Positions 56,085-64,000 of a DNA stretch of 64,000 nt are shown in pieces. Made by a program: the position numbers and the translations under genes. This stretch comes from Epithemia pelagica. Lineage: Eukaryota > Protista > Bacillariophyta. The DNA lies in NCBI GenBank assembly GCA_946965045.2, contig OX337242.1, positions 1,302,001 to 1,366,000 of the forward strand, given 5' to 3'. Below the pieces are notes generated by a model. That model saw nothing but the letters and a program-made list of their open reading frames with translations, did no database searches and was not told the DNA's origin. Each line of letters starts with the position of its first letter. Position 1 is the first letter of the stretch.

Positions 56085-57353
56085 TTAGTTATCCTTTTTT
56101 TGTAATTGGTTCAAAATACACTCTTCGATTCCAGTGAGGGGGATGGTATTGTCGTTTTTTCCAACAACCGCTGTCTTGAGGTAGAACGATATGCAAAAAA
56201 CATCCTCACTGGTAACCTTCTTCGAAACACAGTGATAGACTTGGGGGTTGAAGAACAGAATGTCCATGTTTCGAAGGGCAACTGCATGTCCACATTGTGG
56301 AAAGACAAAATAGCAAAGAATATTGTTTCCAACTGACTCTGGTTCAGTGGCCATGGCCATCACTGCAGAATAACCAAAGTCTTGGTCGGTGTGTGCACCA
56401 AGAAATACATTCCTTCCAAAAGCGATTGACGAGAAAAATGTGCTGTCGTTGCTCCCGTCTGAGAAAGTTGGTATACCTTGAACAGCCTTGGTAATGGAAT
56501 AGCTCTGTATTATAGACCAGTCCATCCACTCGCAAAATAAATGCTTGACTCGTCGCACCAATTTCATCAATGCCTGCTTGTCTTTGCCTGTCATGAGTTT
56601 CTTTTTGGAATCAACAATTCCGTGTCGACCTTGATTTGCATGTTTGCCAATGGTTACATACGAAGATTGATGTGATTCCATTCCGACATATCGAAACTTC
56701 CCTCGTTGTTGGAAAGAACATGCAGATTCCAATGATTCAAAGACAGAAATTACTTTCTTCTGTACTGGGAACGATAAATGATTCTGTCCTGGTACCTTGA
56801 GAAACACAGGCAGTGTGGAATCACTGGGTTGATATAGAGCTCCACCATCAGTATTGGTAGTATGGAACTTAGAAAGAGACACAAATATCGGTCGGACGGT
56901 TTTGGTGCCACTGCCTTCAAAGTATTCATTGTCTGTACTATCACTTTTGAATGTGACTGTGTTCCTCATCAAGTAGTCTGGTGTCATTTGTGAAGCCAAT
57001 GGAGCCTCGGGCACTTTCTCAAGAGTATCTTGTTTGTCATTCTTTCTCTTGTTTCTCTGTCTGTTGCATTTCCTGAAAGGTGTAGCACATCCTTGAATGA
57101 TAGCTTCTGAGACCTGTGTTCGACGTGAAGAATTATTTCTTGACTTGTACGTATGAACAACTGAAGAAACATCAATGTGTTGTCGATCTTGTAGATGCGA
57201 AAGTATTCTTCCCATGGTGGGTATCGTTAACAGCCCCGCCCTTCTTATGGAGGCCTCCCCTAAAGGAGGACCTCCCAAAGGCAAAGAGGTAGATCCATTG
57301 TTGTCAGGTTGCTGACTCAGGGTCAAACGGCCTCTCTTGACTGGTTTGGACAT
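56085..57353 (-). CDS. Fe(II)-dependent dioxygenase-fold protein, TET/JBP-like, carried by the MULE
   Basis: First ATG at 57353. AHTDQD (HxD, ~56385-56393), YFVFPQCGHAVALRNMDILFFNP, YHCVS (distal His ~56232) and CISFYLK; basic N-terminal half. Confidence 0.65.
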   Translation of the reverse strand: MSKPVKRGRLTLSQQPDNNGSTSLPLGGPPLGEASIRRAGLLTIPTMGRILSHLQDRQHIDVSSVVHTYKSRNNSSRRTQVSEAIIQGCATPFRKCNRQRNKRKNDKQDTLEKVPEAPLASQMTPDYLMRNTVTFKSDSTDNEYFEGSGTKTVRPIFVSLSKFHTTNTDGGALYQPSDSTLPVFLKVPGQNHLSFPVQKKVISVFESLESACSFQQRGKFRYVGMESHQSSYVTIGKHANQGRHGIVDSKKKLMTGKDKQALMKLVRRVKHLFCEWMDWSIIQSYSITKAVQGIPTFSDGSNDSTFFSSIAFGRNVFLGAHTDQDFGYSAVMAMATEPESVGNNILCYFVFPQCGHAVALRNMDILFFNPQVYHCVSKKVTSEDVFCISFYLKTAVVGKNDNTIPLTGIEECILNQLQKKDN

Positions 57354-57370
57354 TTCAATACTCAAGCAAC

Positions 57371-58976
57371 CAAAGAGAGCTTCCAAACAGTATCAGCCTT
57401 CCCAAAAGAGTAGGATGGAGAAGCCCCAAATTTCCAGGGCTGTATCTTGTGATGGAAATGAGATAAAAGGACGAACAGGGATGATTTAGAATTGTCTTGG
57501 CATGGTCCAGGTTGCCCAAGTGTCAGAATGGGCGTAGCACTTACGGTTTCAAAGAGAGCTTCCAAACAGTATCAGCCTTCCCAAAAGAGCAGGATGGAGA
57601 AGCCCCAAATTGCCAGGGCTGTATCTTCTGATGGAAATGAGATAGAAGCAAGACTAGGAATGATTTAGAATTGTCTTGGCATGGTCCAGGTTGCCCAAGT
57701 GTCAGAATGGGTGTAGCACTTACGGTTCCAAAGAGAGCTCCCAAACAGTATCAGCCTTCCCAAAAGAGCAGGATGGAGAAGCCCCAAATTGCCAGGGCTG
57801 TATCTTGTGATGGAAATGAGATAAAAGGACGAACAGGGATGATTTAGAATTGTCTTGGCATGGTCCAGGTTGCCCAAGTGTCAGAATGGGCGTAGCACTT
57901 ACGGTTTCAAAGAGAGCTCCCAAACAGTATCAGCCTTCCCAAAAGAGTAGGATGGAGAAGCCCCAAATTGCCAGGGCTGTATCTTCTGATGGAAATGAGA
58001 TAAAAGGACGAACAGGGATGATTTAGAATTGTCTTGGCATGGTCCAGGTTGCCCAAGTGTCAGAATGGGCGTAGCACTTACGGTTTCAAAGAGAGCTTCC
58101 AAACAGTATCAGCCTTCCCAAAAGAGTAGGATGGAGAAGCCCCAAATTGCCAGGGCTGTATCTTGTGATGGAAATGAGATAAAAGGACGAACAGGGATGA
58201 TTTAGAATTGTCTTGGCATGGTCCAGGTTGCCCAAGTGTCAGAATGGGCGTAGCACTTACGGTTTCAAAGAGAGCTTCCAAACAGTATCAGCCTTCCCAA
58301 AAGAGCAGGATGGAGAAGCCCCAAATTGCCAGGGCTGTATCTTCTGATGGAAATGAGATAGAAGCAAGACTAGGAATGATTTAGAATCGTCTTGGCATGG
58401 TCCAGGTTGCCCAAGTGTCAGAATGGGTGTAGCACTTACGGTTCCAAAGAGAGCTCCCAAACAGTATCAGCCTTCCCAAAAGAGTAGGATGGAGAAGCCC
58501 CAAATTGCCAGGGCTGTATCTTGTGATGGAAATGAGATAAAAGGACGAACAGGGATGATTTAGAATTGTCTTGGCATGGTCCAGGTTGCCCAAGTGTCAG
58601 AATGGGCGTAGCACTTACGGTTTCAACGAGAGCTTCCAAACAGTATCAGCCTTCCCAAAAGAGCAGGATGGAGAAGCCCCAAATTGCCAGGGCTGTATCT
58701 TGTGATGGAAATGAGATAAAAGGACGAACAGGGATGATTTAGAATTGTCTTGGCATGGTCCAGGTTGCCCAAGTGTCAGAATGGGCGTAGCACTTACGGT
58801 TTCAAAGAGAGATTCCAAACAGTATCAGCCTTCCCAAAAGAGCAGGATGGAGAAGCCCCAAATTGCCAGGGCTGTATCTTCTGATGGAAATGAGATAGAA
58901 GCAAGACCAGGGATGATTTAGAACCGTCTTGGCACGGACCAGGCCACCCAAGTGTCAGATTGGGCATAGCACTTAC
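57371..58976. repeat. Tandem array of nine 179-bp units
   Basis: Units start at 57371, 57550, 57729, 57908, 58087, 58266, 58445, 58624 and 58803. Two variants (aaaaggacgaacaggg and agaagcaagactagga) are ordered A B A A A B A A B-like. Confidence 0.97.
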
Positions 58977-59499
58977 TCTCCAGAAGTTGTGCTTATTGGA
59001 ATGAAAGGATTGTTTTGGTGAAGCTGTTGCTGCTGATACAGATGCTGGTGAAGCTTGTGCTGCTGCTGTTGTTGATGAGAAGTTGAGGTGTGTATTGCTG
59101 TGGTGTGGAGAAAAGGAGGGATAGGACAGGATTTTTCTTCAATGTGGGTGGCAGTTGGTCTGGGCAAGCCGGCCTGGTAGGCAACCGTGCACAGTTTTGG
59201 CTACATTAAGGTTAAGGATTAGTCTGTCTGCTGTCCTTGTTTCTGCGGACCTCTAATGGCGAATGGTCGTACTATTATTTAATAATATTCCGAACACCAT
59301 AGCAACAGTAGAAAAGACATGGACATTTTGCAAACTCCTCTAGAGCTCTCTCTTTTTGTGTTTCGTTGCGACTGTTTGCAGCGTCGAGCGAGAGCGCCAT
59401 CAAGGAGAGAGAGAGTGTGTGTGTGAGAGAGAGAGAGAGACTTTCCGAGCGACTACGCAACAGGACAAGGGGCATACAAACTCGAGTCTATCGAGTCCA

Positions 59500-60591
59500 A
59501 TGGAAGCATGTGTCAAGCGCCCCATCAAGCCAGAACAAGAAGCACCAGCCCTTGTTCGTTCCAAAACCCACAGTGACGACGATGAGGATGATGCCCGATC
59601 AGTCTTTAGTGAACTCACAGACCCCATGTCTGACCAAGATCATGCTGCCGCAGTGACAACTGCAAAACCCAAACACGGTGCTTCGTCGTCGTCTCGGCCT
59701 ACAACAACCAGAGCTGCCTCACCTCGACGACCACACAAGATCCCTGTTGAGCAGCAACAACCACAAAGTCCAGATCGGAGAAGTGCCTACCACCAAAAGT
59801 CCTTGTCATCTCGTAACATACCATCCCCCAGCAAAATGACTGCAACCGTTCGAAACCACCAGCAAAACAACCATTTGAGCATGTCGGATCATGCACTGCA
59901 CAGTCCCAACCGGAACCGGCCAACCTTTCAACCATCACAGCAAACAATTGCCGACGATCCCTATGGGAATTTGACGGCCGAACCGTACAAAAAGTATTCG
60001 TCTCGTAGTTTGTTGCAAATGTGTGGGAGTTGTGCTCCCCGACGATTTAGTATGGGCAATAGTTCTCGAGGCTCTTCGGGTTGTGGTGGTGGTGGTGGAC
60101 GTCGAGGAGGAGGAGGAGACTATAGTGAGAGCCACAATGACGACGACGATGATTCCTTGGGTGACGAAATACCCCAATTTGAAATGATCATGGCCATTGT
60201 CAGTTCCTGGGAGGGGATCAAAACCATTGATGGATACGAAGAAAAACTTTCGGAACAAATCTTGCTGCGAATGATGGAACTCGACTCGCATGTGCGCAAG
60301 GATTTGGGTCTCTTGTCCATTCGGAGTCCGGAATTTTGGACCGTGAGTGAAAAGATTATTTCCGTCATTGATGGACTAGTCTCCTTTTTGGGACCCGACT
60401 TGGAAGACTTTTACGACAAAATTTCCGATGTCGGGGACAAGTACCGATCCGATGGCTTTAAGGAATACTTGTTGGCACCCGCATTGGTCGATGCCCTCAA
60501 ATATGTCGTGCCCGAACACGAGTTTCCACCCGAAACGCAACGGGATTGGACGACCGTCATGAACTTTTTGGTTTCCAAAATGGAAGCTTGA
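59500..60591 (+). CDS. Protein with disordered N-terminus and C-terminal globin-like domain
   Basis: First ATG at 59500. C-terminal AIVSSWE...LGPDLEDFYDKISDVG...WTTVMNFLVSKM follows the globin helix pattern seen in diatom globins. Confidence 0.65.
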   Translation: MEACVKRPIKPEQEAPALVRSKTHSDDDEDDARSVFSELTDPMSDQDHAAAVTTAKPKHGASSSSRPTTTRAASPRRPHKIPVEQQQPQSPDRRSAYHQKSLSSRNIPSPSKMTATVRNHQQNNHLSMSDHALHSPNRNRPTFQPSQQTIADDPYGNLTAEPYKKYSSRSLLQMCGSCAPRRFSMGNSSRGSSGCGGGGGRRGGGGDYSESHNDDDDDSLGDEIPQFEMIMAIVSSWEGIKTIDGYEEKLSEQILLRMMELDSHVRKDLGLLSIRSPEFWTVSEKIISVIDGLVSFLGPDLEDFYDKISDVGDKYRSDGFKEYLLAPALVDALKYVVPEHEFPPETQRDWTTVMNFLVSKMEA

Positions 60592-60995
60592 GAGAGGAGC
60601 CGGCGCAACACGACAACAAACAAACAAGAGTGAATAGGGAGAATATCAAAACAACAGAATAATGTTTATGCAATAGATTTCATGTAAGAGGCTTTATTAT
60701 TTCTAGAATCCCAGATCTTGTCGCCACAGTATACTCGATATCTTTGGCGCGCCGCCTGTAGTTGCCAGACACTCCAACGTTCCATTGGAACACGACTGTA
60801 CCGAGGGGGATACACCCGACTGGAGAGTCGAGTCCCCTCCTTGGTGGTGATCCAACCAGTGGTAGTCTTTGGACCGTGTAGACTCGTTCGAGTGCGTACA
60901 AAGGTGCAACTCTTGCTGCACCACCGACCGTACCACCAATCTCCTACCATACATCCACACAGTATGACACCTCATTGTGTGTTTCTCGTTTTCGA

Positions 60996-62423
60996 CTATT
61001 GGGACGAATTGGCGGGTGCATCCCCACGTTCGACATCCATCCCTACATGGTTCCCCATGGCCACGGACGACGGTTCATCCGGAATGGCTTCCACACTGGG
61101 AGGAGTCGCCGCGGGTTCCGATGCTTCTGCTTCTACTGACGGTGTTGTGTGTCCCAATCGAATCTTTTCTTGTTCGACAAAGGCAGCCAATCGGGGTGCC
61201 AAAAAGGTTCCAATGACCAATTGCATGGGATGCCAAATCAACAAGGGCAGGGTATAGAGACCCACGGCCGAATTGTCTTCATAAATGGCATTAATGAGGG
61301 GAACACCCATGGCCACCGTCTTGTGGGTACAGCCAAACAAGCCCATGACACGTTGTTCGGGGGCATTGGGAAACAAGAGTCCCAAGGCAAGCCAGGCAAT
61401 GGCCATAAAGCTAATCAAGAACAAGAATATGAAAAGAATCATGAGAAAGACGTCACCAATGGAGGAATCGGACCCATCTTCAAAGGTTCGACAAAAGACG
61501 GTGTAGACAACAAAGACGAGACAATATTCTTGAAACTTTTTGAATTGTTTCTTGTGCTTCTTTTGAAAGGCGACGACTTGTGGCATGGTTTTTTGAATCA
61601 CTTGTCCCACGGCCACGGGCAAGACGACCCGCAAGGCCAATTTGTAAAAGACTTCGGCCAAATCAATGTCTCCCGTTACACCCAAATATCCCAAAATGAG
61701 AACCGGACTCAAAAAGACACCCACGAGATTGCCACTGGCGGCATTGACAATGGCCAAGGATTCGTCTCCTCCCGAAGCCTTGGTCAAGACCAGGACCATA
61801 TTAATGGTCATGGGCAAACAGGCCGACACGACCATGCCATCGGCCAAATCGGTCGACAAGATATTAGCCGCTTCCAATCCGCGGCTCCCCGCATAAATGA
61901 CAAAGGAGACAAAGCCAAAATTATAGGCTTGAACAAACAAATTGAACCAAATCTTTTGAAAGGCCTTGCTGAATTCGTCCGTTTTCAAGCCCAAGCCGGC
62001 CAAGACAAAAATGATACACACGGCAATCCAAGTGGCGGTAATTTCCGGCACCAAATACTCGGCTCCCAAGGGAGAATAGGCCCGAGCCAACAAAATGGCA
62101 CAAATGACGAGAATCAAAAATTCATTGTCGCGATAAATCTCCCCCAAACGAACCCATAGCGATGGCTGTTCCGGTTCGTCCGATTTGTCATCGTCACTCC
62201 CTGCCAAAGTCTCCATGGTACTCAAGGTGCATTGGTGATTCTTGTGAGGCGGAGCATCATGGTTGTTGGTTTCGCTGGCCGACACGGACGATTCGGCCTC
62301 TTCCGTCGGAGGTAGCTCTGCTGCTTTGGTATCTGCCGGTGTGGAGGAGGACGTTGTTTGCTGCTGTTGGGACTCCTCCTCCTTCGCTGTAGTAGTCGTA
62401 GTAGATTCCGTTGTGGGATCCAT
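60996..62423 (-). CDS. Sodium/bile-acid symporter-like transporter (SLC10A7/SBF-like)
   Basis: ATG at 62423; multiple TM helices with [47 protein letters not shown] and [11 protein letters not shown]. Confidence 0.88.
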   Translation of the reverse strand: MDPTTESTTTTTAKEEESQQQQTTSSSTPADTKAAELPPTEEAESSVSASETNNHDAPPHKNHQCTLSTMETLAGSDDDKSDEPEQPSLWVRLGEIYRDNEFLILVICAILLARAYSPLGAEYLVPEITATWIAVCIIFVLAGLGLKTDEFSKAFQKIWFNLFVQAYNFGFVSFVIYAGSRGLEAANILSTDLADGMVVSACLPMTINMVLVLTKASGGDESLAIVNAASGNLVGVFLSPVLILGYLGVTGDIDLAEVFYKLALRVVLPVAVGQVIQKTMPQVVAFQKKHKKQFKKFQEYCLVFVVYTVFCRTFEDGSDSSIGDVFLMILFIFLFLISFMAIAWLALGLLFPNAPEQRVMGLFGCTHKTVAMGVPLINAIYEDNSAVGLYTLPLLIWHPMQLVIGTFLAPRLAAFVEQEKIRLGHTTPSVEAEASEPAATPPSVEAIPDEPSSVAMGNHVGMDVERGDAPANSSQ

Positions 62424-62925
62424 GGTTGTGATTGATATTATCAATGAATGATGATTATGACTTGTGGTTCAAAAGTAGGTAGAACAAACAGCGAGAATGC
62501 AATGAATGTGTCAATTTTGTCAAGAATGAGGAGAGAGGGTTTGCGTCAACAATCGCCTCTCTCTACGGGTCAATCGTTCGCTTCGATGAATGAACGTGTC
62601 TGTGGTGTCGAGAGTGTGAACCACGCCGCCATATGGTATCCTTCGCATTCGTGATGTGTGTAGTGGAGATTCCAATTCTCTTCAAATTGCTCAGGATGCG
62701 CTGACCTGTTCGGTGCGTAGATAGAGCATCGCGTTGTTGTGGACCGCTTCGCACTTGCTTACACACAAACGTCGCGTGTCGCGTCAAGCCGAATTCTTTT
62801 TGTAGGCGAGAAACAGTGACGCAGAGGCGGAGCATCTGCCCCGGTTCCCATTGTGACGTGGAGAGTGGAGAAAGAACCTTCTTTCTGTCCCGCTTCGTGT
62901 CGTACTTGGGAATGATGAATCCCGA

Positions 62926-63936
62926 ATGAGTCGCTCTTCCCCCATAACCCCCAAGTCCAGCCAGTTTTCTCGTTCCTGCATGGAAAAACCGGTGGGGAAA
63001 CAAGATGTAGGGGAGAGCAACAATGACCATGAAATACGGCATCCTGGAACGGCAAAACCAAAACTAGGACTGAAGAGACTGTTGTGGTTCCGCATTCTTT
63101 CCTACGAACCATGTCGTTGCTACCACCCATCCAAAGCAGCTTCCATAACATCCAACACCAAGGGCTACTACGAGCACTTTCTTTATGTCCTCCAAAGCCC
63201 TGAGTCCATGGTGGAGCTTTCACTTGTCGCAACAGCAACAACAACCTCCAGCAATTGCAACATTTTGTATTCTATCGCAACGACATCCCGAGGCCCGGAT
63301 CGAACATGTCGTCGTCATGGAGAACATGACACCTTGGCAACAATTTGCCTGGTGGTCGAAACAATCCATTGTGTTGTTGTTGTCCCATGCCTCGACCAAT
63401 CTCTTGTGTTTCTTTCCGCAGCAGCAGCACAGCAACAACAACAACAAACTGCTGCTACCGGTGGATCATCCCGAATGGCTCCTTCTTCACCCGCCATGGT
63501 CGAAATTTTTCCTCCTCAGTATGACTGGTGGGGATTTTGGAAACTGGCCCAGTCCTGCCATGTCCGCTAGTACGCCTATTTTCCCATTGTCGTGAACCAC
63601 CCAAAGAACAACAACAAGAAGAACCAAAACACGACAAGAGACGACCTCGCCTGGCAAGTCTTGGCGGCGGATTATGGACAACATTGTCCCCATTTGGCGG
63701 TATCGGGGCAAACGATTGTTGAAACCCTCCATTCCTCAGGTCCTAGTTTTGTTGGATCGGGCCATTGCCGACGGGCACGCACAAGCACAAGGATCCAATG
63801 CTTCCTTCTACTGTCGTCATCCTCCTCCTACGTTCCTCACATTTTGTACATGGAAACCAGTTGTGAGAAAATTCAGCAGTTGGTCGTGGATTCCAACATC
63901 ACCAACAACAACATCCAGATTGAGAGGTCTCATTGA
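62926..63936 (+). pseudogene. Disrupted glycosyltransferase-61 (DUF563)-like sequence
   Basis: MENMTPWQQFAWWSKQSIVLLLSHASTNL lies in one frame and MVEIFPPQYDWWGFWKLA in another. An in-frame TAG at 63568-63570 is followed by further coding-like sequence. Confidence 0.4.
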
Positions 63937-64000
63937 GTACGCATGGCATTGGATGACGATCCGCACCGCCAATCTTGTTTGGTGGCCACTATCGTCGTCA

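Larger units (their letters stand above)
52631..59264. mobile_element. Mutator-like (MULE) element with two convergent genes and an internal tandem array
   Basis: Perfect 56-bp inverted repeats at 52631-52686 and 59209-59264 enclose the transposase, ORF2 and the 179-bp array. No TSD found. Confidence 0.85.

Noticed and set aside
57362-58818. Eight to ten repeated 67-70 aa ORFs in the ORF track
   Set aside because: By-products of the 179-bp repeat; the period is not a multiple of three and most begin at TTG.
57371-58976. CRISPR-like array
   Set aside because: Units are contiguous near-identical 179-mers with no unique spacers, there are no cas genes, and the context is eukaryotic.

Overview
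This is eukaryotic nuclear DNA, most likely from a (pennate) diatom. The evidence is short GT-AG introns, a CPF1-type cryptochrome/photolyase, a POP-type organellar DNA polymerase and low-complexity diatom-style proteins; the species cannot be fixed from sequence alone. The first ~29 kb is gene-dense host sequence. It includes four proteins sharing a divergent dsRNA-binding-motif-like domain within 17 kb (one fused to UIM + RING-H2), an organellar Pol I with a SAP-like insert, and a 1824-aa coiled-coil protein. The rest is rearranged and rich in mobile DNA. A ~2-kb direct duplication sandwiches a Crinkler-type NTPase+nuclease gene. A hAT-like element (17-bp TIR, 8-bp TSD) sits inside the TIR of a Harbinger-like MITE, and a second Crinkler-type gene is frameshifted. 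The best candidate for an undescribed system is 52631-59264: a Mutator-type element bounded by perfect 56-bp inverted repeats. It carries an intact DDE+SWIM transposase, a convergent HxD...H dioxygenase that looks TET/JBP-like, and nine tandem 179-bp units directly upstream of that dioxygenase. All family assignments are by motif recognition; no searches were run.
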